A stretch of DNA of 63,968 bases, the filler included, from Psammoneis japonica (lineage: Eukaryota): the NCBI GenBank assembly GCA_008632985.1. It is 4 parts of 4 records of this genome, joined end to end, with 100 filler letters (N's around TTAATTAATTAA, not from the genome) between each part and the next. Parts side by side here need not be neighbours in the genome. Positions count along the whole stretch, not along the records: positions 37,338 to 55,810 come from QPGO01000467.1; positions 55,911 to 63,968 come from QPGO01000544.1; 2 more parts are not named here. One strand, written 5' to 3'. The notes below the pieces were generated by a model. That model was not told the DNA's origin, did no database searches, and was given only the letters and a program-made list of their open reading frames with translations. Of the stretch, positions 52,667 through 63,968 are shown one piece after another; position 1 is the first letter of the stretch, and each line of letters opens with the position of its first letter. A program made the translations under genes and the position numbers.

Positions 52667-54376
52667 ATGGCCGCTGCTGCAGCCTTTGCCGCTTGTCTTG
52701 CGTGTTGTGGACACAATGCGCAGACGCGTGCCCACATGGCCCGTCAGGGCTTTGCTGCTGTTAAGGACTTGGGACAGGTCCCTTTGACAGAAATCACTGA
52801 CATGACTGAGGGTGTTATGAAGAGCATGGATGCTGCCACCAACCCCCAAGTCCGCTTCCCACACCTGGCAAATCACAAGCTCAAGGCACTGCGCGCATGG
52901 ATTGACTGCCGCAGGGCCCAAAATCAAGAGCCGACCGCTGCTCTCTTTGCTGGCGACGTTGTTGGAACATGGACGGCACGTCTCACGGAACTGGAGCAAT
53001 TCAAGTCTGCAGACTCAGACAATGAACAGGCCACCAAAATGGCTGTGGAGCTCAAGAACCTGTGTGGCTGGCCCACCTTCCAAGAGTTGCTGGAGACCGA
53101 ACTACGTCACCACCACAGCGCCGTCACTGGCGTGCCCCTCATCTGCCTGATCAGGGAGCATGAAGAAAGTCACCGCCGAAATGTTGGCTGCCACCTGCAC
53201 TGCCATTGACGAGGACCTCATTGCCACCACCTGACTTGCAGGAGCTCAGCACATGCAGGACAGGCAATGCCTGTGTGATCTCTTGAAGAAGTTGGTGACA
53301 GGGGGGCCCGGATGGGCTTTTGTCAAGCCTTCCAATTGCAACCGCGATGGTCGCACTGCTTTCTTTGCACTCAAGAGGCAGGCGGAAGGATCAGCTGCCG
53401 CCACTGCCCGAAAGAACTGTGCTCATGCACAGATTGCTCCCGCGAAGTACCCCGGATGGGGTCGATTTACTTTCGATCAGCACATTCAGCACCATCAAAA
53501 GGCTCACAACAACTTGTCCGAGCTTGACGAACCGGCAGCTGAGACCAAGAAGGTCTCTGACTTTCCAAAGGGTGTCTCCGACCCCAGGTTGGAGAGACGG
53601 GTTCCAGTCCTGGGTGGGACTCCATGTGACATTGGGCCCATAGAATTCTACATGCGAGCTCCGTAGTACGAGAATTTAATTAATGGACACATTTGTCTTC
53701 AACATCAAATGAACGGCCAAGTTTGTGGTGCAATTATGCCTCTTGCAACTCGACATTTTTGCAAATGCGCCTGCCCCACGCGATTCTTAAGACATCATAG
53801 TATCGCGCTGTAACAAAAAATGTCAAAAGTTGTTGGACGGATTGCTCAACAAGTGCACTGTAAAATGACACAAAATGTCAAAGAAATCACATAGAAATCT
53901 ACGTGCGCGACACACGACGTGATTCAAAAAACTGTTGATGTCACAGTTCAGTGGTGCGAGGTCCCACCTAGACCTGGAACGCATTGAGACTAGTGAGAGT
54001 GCAGTGGATGGAGACCCAATGAAGCCAGCTGATTTCGAGGCATGCCAGCAGCACATGAAGACTCTGGCAGAAAATGCCAAGAATCGCAATGCTGACACTC
54101 ACGGGATCACATCCATCCAACTCCGCAACAACCGGTGTGGCAACCCTGGCGGGAAGCACCAACCTAAAAAGGACAAGCCCAGGATCCGGGCAGGCCATCA
54201 TCCTGTTGAAGAGTGGAATGCTCTTGATGGTCCTGAGCGAGAGCAAGTTCAAAAGCTCCGCGATGCCAAGAAAGCCAAATGGAAACGCAAAGCTGCAGCT
54301 GCATCCTCGGAGGCTGAGTCGGTCGATGCCAAAACTCGCGCTGTTAAGAAAGTGGCCATTGCCGAGCCCAATCCTC
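52667..54376 (+). pseudogene. Copia-type gag (family D) interrupted by a MITE and truncated by a gypsy insertion
   Basis: GVPLICLIRE, RDGRTAFFALKRQAEG, FTFDQHI..H..AHN.L, KVSDF.KG..DPRLE|TSES. The reading continues across the MITE. Confidence 0.7.
53596..53985. mobile_element. MITE (390 bp), same family as 24482-24878
   Basis: Shares the left ~70 bp (GTGACATTGGGCCCAT.GAATTCTAC.TGCGAGCTCCGTAGTA) and the TIRs. 4-bp TSD GAGA. Removing it restores the gag frame. Confidence 0.88.
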
Positions 54377-55810
54377 TGCAACATGCATTGTCATGTGCGT
54401 CATGTGTGTGCACATCTACACATAAAATAAATTTACACTCCAATCGTACGTCAATCGTGGGTTTGTACGAAGGACTGATCAATCACACAGAGTTGATTGG
54501 ATGTCGAGAATCGCAAATGCGACTGTGGGATGATGTTGACATCTCATGTGTCAATGTCAATCGTATCTGGACAATCTGTTGTCACGATCGTATTCTCCGA
54601 AAGGCCTTTTGTCTGCAGGAGCAGTGCAAAAGGTTTAGGCTGTTGAGAACCCGTTCGGAGAAACCCAAAATGATCGTGTGGAAATAATTCTCATAATTTT
54701 CACTTTTTGAACTTCGTTCTACTTTCATTTGCACTCATTCTTCGAGCACAGTGCATTGTGCACACACACCACAGAAGGTGACAAGTTCAAGATGAAGCTT
54801 TCACCTCATGCAACCAACACCAAGACTTCGTCAAGGCAGGAGAGAATCGTGCCTCAACCGTTGGAATCGAATTCCGAGCCGAAGAGCCTCAAACCAAGTC
54901 AGTGCCTCAAGATGGAGCAGTGTTTTCATCCCGAGAAGAAGGACAGCCGCACCTGCACCATCAATGTCGAGCACTGCAAGAAGCAGGGTGTCCCAAAGTA
55001 CATCGAATTCCTCAAGAGCTACGATCAACTTCTAGTGGGCCAGAACATCAGCAAGCAAGTCGACAAGTTCCGTCTCATGCGCATGTTGCTACAAGGAGAC
55101 GCTCTACATGCTTTTGAGAATGCGGCGGCAAACATTGAAGACGAATCTACGGAAGGAAGCTTCGAGAAATGTCCACAGCACCTCACGAAGCATGTGTTTC
55201 CCAAGAACCCACTTTCGGTTCAGAAACGCTATTTGCGTCGCGATCTCAAGAAGCCCGAGTCAATGAAAGTGCACGAGATTGCTGCCTGGGTCCAGGAAGT
55301 CAACGAAGATCTCAAGTTCTGTCCACCCTTTGGAAAGGATCAGAAGATCGAGGAGGACGAGCTCAAGGACATCCTCTTCAACCTTGCACCTCGCAAGTGG
55401 CAGCATCAGTCGACCGTCCAGGGTTTCGAAATTTTGAAACACACCTGTGACGAGTTGGTTGAGTTTTTGGAGTGCCTGGAGGTCGCGGAGGACGTGTTTG
55501 ATGGCATTCATGCCAAGGCTGATCCCAGCAGCAGTGCTGGATCGAAAGCCAAGAATGGTTCCAAACGTGGTTCCAAAAATGGTCACCAACATGGCACCGA
55601 AAAATCTCAGTCCGAGAAGTGGTGCATTTCATGCGAAAAATCCACTCATGACACGGACAAGTGCTGGTCAATCAAAAGACTTGCGAAAGAACGCTGTGGG
55701 AACTGTGAACCCGATCCAAAACGGCGCCGTTCAAATGGCAATCGCACGTGGTCTCGTCGCGATAACGACAATGCCACTCGCAAAGAAGAGTTGAATGCCA
55801 TGGCGGTCCA
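54377..55810 (+). mobile_element. Ty3/gypsy 5' LTR (54377-54773) and gag (ATG 54792), cut by the contig end
   Basis: LTR homologous to 15728-16110. gag has LLQGDAL..F, VFPKN...QKRYLRR...KP and WC..C....H.T..C. Homologous to 62148-63191. Confidence 0.85.
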
Positions 55811-55910
55811 NNNNNNNNNNNNNNNNNNNNNNNNNNNNNNNNNNNNNNNNNNNNTTAATTAATTAANNNNNNNNNNNNNNNNNNNNNNNNNNNNNNNNNN
55901 NNNNNNNNNN
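55811..55910. other. Artificial contig spacer
   Basis: Same 100-bp linker. Confidence 0.98.
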
Positions 55911-55914
55911 CATT

Positions 55915-57039
55915 GTGGAGGCATGCCTGCTTCTTAAGGCGAGCTATGAAGGCACGGTCCGAAATGCAAAAAGGCAGAAAGTCGTTTCCGATTCAACGAA
56001 CACGCCGGCTGATGCGTCTGGCAACAACAATGATGGTCAAGTCCCTCGGACTCCCGGCGGAAGGCATTTTCAGCGGGGGTCGACGAACACAAAAACTCCT
56101 ACGAACTTAAAGGAGTCCTCAAAAAACAACTGCCGTTGCGCCAACTATGAGTTTGATGACAAGAAGGTCGTTGTGCAAACGGGTTTGTCCGAAGTGGGTT
56201 GGGCCATACATCGTTGTAGCAGACGTCGTTTTGTACTGAAAAGTGAGCGCTTGGACTGGAAGGAGTACGATGAGATTGGCTGGAATCCATTTGACACCGA
56301 AGTATCCGTTTTCATGAAGATAGTAGCTATGCCGTCTTGTGCCACATTGGTGAAGCCCGTCGACATTTGTATTACGGATCGAATCATTTTCTTAGAGGAA
56401 TTGGACGAGGTTGATTGGACGAGCTTGCAATCAAATCCTAGTCATGCTTTGGCAGCTTGCATGGATCTTTTACAAGCTGTTGCGACCCTTCATGAGCTCA
56501 ACATTGCTCATTGTGACATAAAAGACAGTGCTGTTATGGTGCGACGCGGTGACAAAGGAGCCGAGTGCTTCGTTCTTTGTGATTTCAACCTTGCCATTGT
56601 GAACGCTGATGAGTTTGATCCATCGCGTGTGCCGTTTGGAACCGATGGGTGGTCGTGGAAAAGTCAACGAATGGACCAAGCCCACGCAAAATGTCACGAT
56701 CTATTCAGCTTGGGTCTACTCTTGGCGTGGATGTGCTGCAGGGCTGCAATGGAAATGGTGAAAGACCATGAAAATGTGAGTTGGTATGATACTTTCACAA
56801 GCCTCATAAAGGAAGCACATGCAAACAACGACAAGATCCGCCACGCAATTCTCAATGTGGCCTTTTCTCTCTGCCGAGTTGAGCTGTCCATCAGTGACGC
56901 GATACAAAATCTCCGTTTGAAGGCCATGAATTTGAAAGATGAAGCAAAGACCGCAAAGAAAGTGGCTTCAGCCACAATGAAGGGGCGCCTTAAAGTGGTC
57001 TCCCAAAACGTGCCAAGATCACGTAATGGCCACCTTTGA
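55915..57039 (+). CDS. Protein kinase-like domain protein, probably 5'-partial
   Basis: Subdomain-like motifs FVLK, EV, LHELNIAHCDIK, LCDFNLA, GTDGW, DLFSLG. The frame is open from the contig edge. Confidence 0.7.
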   Translation: MEACLLLKASYEGTVRNAKRQKVVSDSTNTPADASGNNNDGQVPRTPGGRHFQRGSTNTKTPTNLKESSKNNCRCANYEFDDKKVVVQTGLSEVGWAIHRCSRRRFVLKSERLDWKEYDEIGWNPFDTEVSVFMKIVAMPSCATLVKPVDICITDRIIFLEELDEVDWTSLQSNPSHALAACMDLLQAVATLHELNIAHCDIKDSAVMVRRGDKGAECFVLCDFNLAIVNADEFDPSRVPFGTDGWSWKSQRMDQAHAKCHDLFSLGLLLAWMCCRAAMEMVKDHENVSWYDTFTSLIKEAHANNDKIRHAILNVAFSLCRVELSISDAIQNLRLKAMNLKDEAKTAKKVASATMKGRLKVVSQNVPRSRNGHL

Positions 57040-57550
57040 TTAAAACCATAATTTTTGAACTATTCCATGGTGTTCACGGTTCAACAAAGAAATTACATCG
57101 TCACATCAACGAAAGTATTACCACTACAGCAGGGGACCTTGGCTGCAACAAACCCATGGAAAGGTCAGAATCAGTGGCCCATGCCCCCCTCAAGCAAACT
57201 TGAGTGTGGCCCCATGTCGACCGCGGCACCAGAGATGTTGGAACTTCCAACCATGGGAAACCCTGTTGGATGCGAGGCAAACATGCTGGTGCAAACAATG
57301 CATTTTAAAAACTCTGTCACATTGGCGTGCAAATTGTTGTTGATGTGGTGCTTGTGTGTTGTTGAAACCCAAAGCCCATCTTTTGCAACTCTCATGGGTT
57401 GAGCGAGTCTGGGAGAGCTTGGGCAAATGAAGCAACCTCCAATGGAGTCAGCTCTGGTGGAAACTGGAAGGCCAGCAGCAGAACAGGCTGCATGATCTCT
57501 GCAATCTTGGGGATGTGAAAGGCACATCACTCAAGTTGCTGGTGGCATTG

Positions 57551-59273
57551 TGCAGCAGGCATCCCTGCTGCAGCTGCTGCTGATGATGCTTTCCTGTGTC
57601 TGCAGGCTGTCCGCAGTGACGCTGTTCCTGCAGAAGCATGCATTGGAAAATGCAACTCCTGGTGCAAGACCTGCAGCAGGCCACAGGAGTTCTACACACA
57701 ACAACTAAGACCAGCGCAATTGGCCATCTAGCAAGCAACTCACCTTGCATGAAGGGTTTGTGCAGAATGTGCGCAGTGCCAATCTGTGCAGAATGTGCAC
57801 AGTGTCAAGTGTGACTGATTCTGTGCAAGGACTCAAGCTCTGCATTTCTTGCTGTCATGCATGTGCATGCTCTGCAAAAACAATCTAACAACAATTTTAC
57901 AAACACAACAGAAAATCTCTGTCTCTGTGACACAAGTGCTTGTGTGCGATTCCTGCACAGGTCACAGCAACATCACTCCCGGCAAATGCAAGAATGGCCT
58001 TTGTTTAACTGGCCATGACTGTCAGCCATTCTGCAGAGAAGAGTGGAATGCAACAGAATGTCCCTTGCCTGATCTCCAAAACTGTTCAGTCAAGAGGGCA
58101 GCAGAAAGCAAAAATGCAAAAATGTCACTTGTGTGCAAGTGCTTTTCAGAACTTTTGCCACTTAACAATGGTGCTCCTAAAGATGACCCTGAAGACAACC
58201 CTGAAGACAGCCCTGAAGATGCAAAGATCAAGTCCACAGACAATCTGATTCCACGTAAATGACCCAGTTGTGAGAGTTGTGCACCAAGTGAGTTGATTTC
58301 AGTGGCAAAGAAATGAGCTGCAATGATGTCAAATGGAAAACATGGACAAGCATGCATGCCTCACGGTGCATGCAATCACAGCACTGACAATTGCCAGACA
58401 TTGAAACATCAAGTCAAGCAACTTGGGATGATGTCAGCTCAGACAAAGATTGATGCATGTGATGAAGAAGAACTCAATGTCATGGTTGAGTGGGGCAGCC
58501 ACAGAAAACACACTGAAGTGCATGGCACATGATGATGCCAAGGCAGACAGAGAACTTGATGCCTTCAAAAACATGCACCTCTCTGAAGACTCAGATGATG
58601 GCGCCAATGATGTGGCAGCAAAGCATTTCAAAAAACAGCCAACATGTGTGGCAGGACCTGTGCAACTTTTGCAGCTTGGACAATTTGACAAATGTCTGAA
58701 TGCTTGAAAGTGCAGCATTCACTTGTTCATGCTCCAGAGGCCATGCATGGCAAAATGTCCACTGAGTTAATGTCAAAATGATGACAATGACTCCCTTTGT
58801 GTGTGAGAAGGAGAGCTGTGCTGGCAGACACAACAAAAAATGTCCCTTGCCAGCAGCAGGACCCTTCTTTCACTTGTGCGCCCTTGTCATGGGGGCAAGT
58901 GCAGCAGGCATCCCTGCCACAGCTGCCAGCTGATGCCACTTTCCTGCATCTGCAGGCTGTCTTCAGTGGTGCTGATCCCAAAGAAATGTGTGTTAGAAAA
59001 TGCAACTTTCCCAGCACAAGACCTGTGACAGGCTGCAGGAGATCCATGCAGCTGAGACCAGCACAACTGGCCATCACGCAAGTGACTCACCTTGCATGAT
59101 GGGTCTGCACAGAATGCACACAGTGCTGAGTGTGACTGATTCCATGCAAGGACTCAAGCTCCACATGTCTTGCTGTTGTGCACGCACATGCTCTGTGTAA
59201 AATGATCTCACAATTTTACAAAAAGAAAATCTCTGTCTCTGTGATGTGAGCACTTGTGTGCAATTCCTGCATG
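57551..59273 (+). mobile_element. Short internally deleted gypsy element: two ~400-bp LTRs around ~0.94 kb with a gag remnant
   Basis: Direct repeats 57551-57959 and 58900-~59273 both start TGCAGCAGGCATCCCTGC. PPT-like CATGGGGGCAAG precedes the second. Interior CMPHGACNHSTDNC...ELDAFKNMHLSEDSD. No convincing TSD. Confidence 0.7.
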
Positions 59274-59756
59274 GGTTGATTGGGACCATCCTTGGCATGA
59301 ATGATGTGCCCATGGCCTTTGCAGTTTGGTGGATGACCCTGCTTGTTGCCTTGTGGTTTGAACTCCAAGTGCCCCATGCATGCACTGGGCGCTGAAAAAG
59401 AAGATGTGTTGCGACTTTGTCATTGTGAAAATTGTGAGCTAGTTTAGAGTAGAGAAAATGGGATCGTGCGAATGGGGAATCTTGCCAAATCCCCATTCGT
59501 TCGCATTTGGATCGCATCAAATTGATCGTGCATTCGCATTGTGGATCGTGCGAATCAAGCCATCACGCGCCATGCACGAGTGATGTCATCGTGTGGAATC
59601 ACGCTGCCATTGTGGGCCAGACGACGGGCCAGTGTGCTTCACACGGATGCTCTCTTAGCATCCTTCTGGAATTGCCTGAGACCTGGAGCCACGCCCTCCT
59701 GTGGTCGTGCTTCCCAGGTGCGTGTCAACAATGCCACGTTGCCACGTGCAAGAGGC

Positions 59757-62077
59757 TCATGCACGGTCTCGCCGTGTTGTCCAGCAGCGAGGCATGCTGC
59801 ACACTCCCCCATGATCAGGGCCGTTAAGTGACAGGATGTCTTGCTGGTGACAGGGTGCAATCTGCCGTAGATTGTGCGCATCTGTCAGCGCTCTGTTCTG
59901 GACACGCAACGTGCCGTTGTCATGTGCACGGACAACTCTGGCGGGTCCTGCATGGCTGTCAGAACCGCATTTAGAGGATTGTTCCTGTTTGACAAGTGCC
60001 AATTGCCCCACGGCACATTGATGCTCCTTGCGTTTCTGATTTTCAAGCTTGTTGTTTAAGTGGACAAGCTTCTGCTTTCTGGTTTCTATGTGCTTCCACT
60101 TGGCACGATGGGCAATGGACAAAACCGCATCGCGTCCGAAGACCAATTGCATGGGACTTGCACGCGTGGTCGCATGTGCCGCAGCTCTAACAGCGAAGGC
60201 TGCTGCGGAGAGGATGCCACTCCATGGGTCATCTTCATCCAGTTCCACACCCTGCACTGAAAAGGAACGCACCATGTTGCCAAGTGTCTGGTGCACACGT
60301 TCCACTGTGGCATTCGCCTGTGGATTCCGTTTGCTCATGGGTTTCTTCAAAATCCCACAGTCATTTTTAATCATCTGGCTAAATTCTGCCATAAATTCTG
60401 TCCCACGGTCATAAACCACCTGGGTTGGCCACGGATGTCTGCACAGCCACGTTTGTTCCACGACGTTTGCTGCGTCGTCTGCGCATTTTGTAGACACTTC
60501 TTCAATCTCGAACCACCCGGTTGCTGGGTCAATCATTGTGACTGCCCACAATTGCAAAGTGTCCTTTCCGCGTCTTTGAATTTTATGTGGCCCTGTCACA
60601 TCCATGCATGGAGTCTCCCATGGAATTGTCTCTGCGACCTTTTCTGGCAGCTTCCCATGATGCTGCATTCGGTGTTTTGTCTTCTGGCATCGATCGCACT
60701 TGGCGCACGTAGAATGCACCGTAGACATCATGCCAGGCCAACAGAAGTGCTGGGCAACAGACATTTCCGTGCGTGTCTCACCTGGATGACACAGTGTCTC
60801 GTGGTGCCATTCAGTTAGCGGAACCTGCAATGACTGTGGCACTGCGATTTTGTCCTTATGACAGACCAACTGTCGTGATGACCCTCCCCCACGATGCGCG
60901 CGAATGGAGCAGTCGGACGAGTCCTTGGCTCGTGAGAGTGGGCACTTGTCCTTTTGTTGTGCTTTTTGAATGCACTTGAAGCTGGCAGGCAGAGACATCT
61001 CATCTTGCGCGTCTGCATTAAAAGCTTCATGCAAAGGACGACTCAATGGAGTGTCTTTTGCATCCGGATTGGCCTCGGAAGGCAAACTGGGTGCCAGTCG
61101 AAGGTGACCAAGAGCGTCAGCGACTGGGTTGTGGGTGCCCTTAACATGGCGTAATTCGGGACCATGTTCTTCGCATGTCAACCGCCAGCGCACAACGCGC
61201 TCGGCATTGAATGCTTTGTGTGTAAGATTTTTATGATCAGCACGTGCAATTGTGCGATGACCAAGGAGAGTCGTTCGAAATTCTTTCGTCTCCACAATGG
61301 CGAGCAATTCTCTCTCCGTTGTTGCACAATTTAATTGCGCACCATTGAGCTTTCTGCTGTAAAAGGCGACAGGTTTGTCATTTTGGGATGTGACTGCTCC
61401 CAATTGACATTTAGAGGCATCGGTGTGCACCTCAAAGGGTTTATTAAAATCAGGATGTGACAACAAAACATCATCCGACATCACCCGTTTAACGGTTTCG
61501 AACGCCTCATCTTCAACGGACGTCCACTCCCACTTGACAGTCTCGCTTACGAGTCGTGTTAGCGGAGCCAAGACTTCAGAACGTCTAATCCACGTGTCAC
61601 GGCAGCAGTTCACCATGCCAACAAATGAGCGCAGGTCGCATTCATTGGTTGGGGTCGCGATTCGCTTGATGGCGTCGACTTTATCAGGTGTTGGTCGCAT
61701 TCCGTCTCTGTTGACCAGACAACCCAAGCACTCTAATTGGGTTTGACAGAAGTGAGATTTAGTTGTGTTAACTTTCAGTCCTGCTTTCTGGACCCTCAAT
61801 AAAACTTCTTCAAGTTTGTTGAGGTGATCTTCACAGGTGCCTTTCGTCACGACGAGAAGGTCATCTAAGCACGTTCGAACGAACGACAGATCGCATGCTG
61901 CGCACGTGGCATTGGTTTGAGATGCCTGCTTGTCAGCAGCATTGTCAAATGACGTCAGAGCATCGCCCTGTAGTGGGTCACGCACAAGGGCAAATTTCGC
62001 TGGCCCAGTCGTGATGTTTTGTCCTTCGTGCACGCGATCCACGTTGCGTAGAAAGATTGGGAGTGTCCCGCATGTTG
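59757..62077 (-). mobile_element. Deleted gypsy copy: gag N-terminal fragment fused to RT end-RNase H-integrase, then PPT and start of 3' LTR
   Basis: RTCLDDLLV, HTDASK, ERELLAIVE, HPG...C..C, IDPATGW, YDRGTEF, NPQANATVERVH. PPT GGGGGAGTG at 59802-59810. LTR begins at 59801, far end not defined. Confidence 0.88.
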
Positions 62078-62147
62078 TGCAAGGTAACGAAATCTACAGA
62101 AACGAAACTACGAAATGTTGGCAGGACCGACAAATCTTAAAACGACC

Positions 62148-63697
62148 ATGAAGAAGCGGATTGAGCCGCCGATTCCGTTCGCACGGCCAGAGAAGAAAGA
62201 GCTGCAGCAAGGCGAGCACCAGACGTTCAAGCCATGTAACAACCCCGCTGATCCAGATAGTCCAACGCACGAGATGGGCATTCCGCACCTTTCTACGGCT
62301 ACATGCGAGACACTCCTAATCTTTCCATGCAACGTGGATCGCGTGCACGAAGGACAAAACATCACGACTGGGCCAGCGAAATTTGCCCTCATGCGTGACC
62401 TGCCACAGGGCGATGCTCTGACGTCATTTGATGATGCCGCTGACAAGCAGGCATCTCAAACCAACGCCACGTGCGCAGCATGCGTCACGAAGCTAAAGGA
62501 AAGTGTCTTCCCACATGGGGCGGTGCCATTGCAGAAGCGTCATCTGAGGCGCTTCATGCGCAAGCCTGCAGAGGTTTCCACTCGTGACTGCGTCGCGAGG
62601 GCTGTTGAAATTAACGGCCACATCTCTCAGTTTCCACCCATGACGGAGGATGGAGAAGCACCGGCACCATTGCCTGATGACGAACCATGCGACATGTTCG
62701 AGTGCGGTGTGCCAAACGCATGGCAGAAGTTCATGACGCTACAGAATTTTGACCCGTTGGCGCATGCCATCACCGAATTTGCACAGTTCTGCGAGCGCAT
62801 CGAGCAGGTCGAGCTTGCCGAAGGTAACCTGGACCAACATGCTAAGGTTCCACGCAAGCGGGGACGTAGAATGGACAATCCTGAGTCGTTGATCACGACC
62901 CAACGGAACACCCAGAAGTCGTGCATGCTGCACGGGACCAACTGTGGACATCATACGGAGGATTGCCGTCAGCTCAAGCACCACGTGAAACGTGTCAAGA
63001 CTGGACATTCCAATGATGGAGGCAGCAAACCCAACACAAAACCTCGGAATGAGGAAGATGTTGATGCTCTCATTGGATCGAAGGTCAAGGAGTTCTTTGC
63101 CAACGCTCAGAAAAAGCGCAAGGCATGCGAGGAGGAGCTCAGTCACTTCCGCGACCTCAACTTGAGTGATTCCGAAGATTCGGACACCTGAGAAGGGGGC
63201 CGACATGATGCAGGCAGTTTCAATGCATTGGATGAATGCACAAATGAACAACTGAATTACCATCGTACACGTGTTGTGGGCCAATCCCGCAAACGAGTTA
63301 AAAAGACTCATCTTGCTCCAATCTTGTTCACAGCTGTGAATGCCAAACATGGCAAGGGCAAGACTCAAACCATTGAGGCACTGCTGGACAGTGGCGCCAG
63401 CAGCACTCTACTCGACAGTCGATGCTGCAAACATCTGCGAAGCCATTCAATGGCTGAGACAAACTGGGCTACGGCAGCAGGCTCGTTCAGTGCATCTAAC
63501 GACTGTGCCATTAAATTTCGGTCACCAGAATTGTCCGAAACTGCAGAACTCAAACATGCCGTCCACGCACACAATGGAAAGTTGGGCAAGTGCGGTGTGA
63601 TTGTTGGACGTGACATTCTGGAGACACAAGGCATTGACATTGTCTTCTCTAAACAGATGACAGAGTGGCCATCAGTCAATGGAGAAGTGCCAATGAT
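62148..63697 (+). pseudogene. Gypsy gag (62148-63191) and protease (63228-~63697)
   Basis: QGDALTSF, VFP...QKRHLRR..RKP, CMLHG..CGHHTEDC, then ALLDSGASST...VIVGRDIL. Confidence 0.85.
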
Positions 63698-63968
63698 GCA
63701 CGCAGAATGCACCGTAGACCTCATGCCAGGCCAACAGAAGTGCTGGGCAACAGATGTTTCCGCACGTGTCTCACCTGGATGACACAGTGTCTCGTGGCAC
63801 CATTCAGCTAGCGGAACCTGCAATGACTGTGGTGCTGCGATTTTGTCCTCATGACAGATCAACTGTCGTGATGACCCTCCCCCACGATGCGCGCGAGTGG
63901 AGCAGTCGGACGAGTCCTCAGCTCGTGAGAGCAGGCGCTTGTCCTTTTGTCGTCCCATGCATGAAGCT
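63698..63968 (-). repeat. Second, inverted gypsy integrase fragment
   Basis: Close copy of ~60705-60975, joined to the plus-strand protease. Confidence 0.85.

Overview
Eukaryotic, transposon-dense sequence, most likely from a diatom or other stramenopile (inferred from the copia/gypsy gag types, short introns with CTCAC branch points and the host gene architecture). The window is not one locus. It is four contigs joined by artificial 100-bp spacers (44 N + TTAATTAATTAA + 44 N) at 18600, 37238 and 55811. It contains three copies of one ~7.1-kb Ty1/copia family, several other copia and Ty3/gypsy elements (nested, deleted or inverted), a two-gene PIF/Harbinger-type DNA transposon, two copies of a ~390-bp MITE with 4-bp TSDs, one intact host gene (type II membrane protein with a 7-repeat FG-GAP-like beta-propeller) and a partial atypical protein kinase. 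The main signal is mutational. Repeats, but not the host gene, carry a strand-symmetric TpA->TpG/CpA (A:T->G:C) hypermutation, the opposite direction to fungal RIP, on top of ordinary CpG decay. It turns Tyr codons into Cys/His (YVDD->CVDD, YLDD->CLDD), appears to turn GTAAGTA splice donors into GCAAGCA, erases stop codons, and hits the two LTRs of one element independently. This points to a possibly undescribed repeat-directed genome-defence or mutagenesis system. The main copia family also appears to be primed by a 5' half-molecule of tRNA-Asn(GUU).
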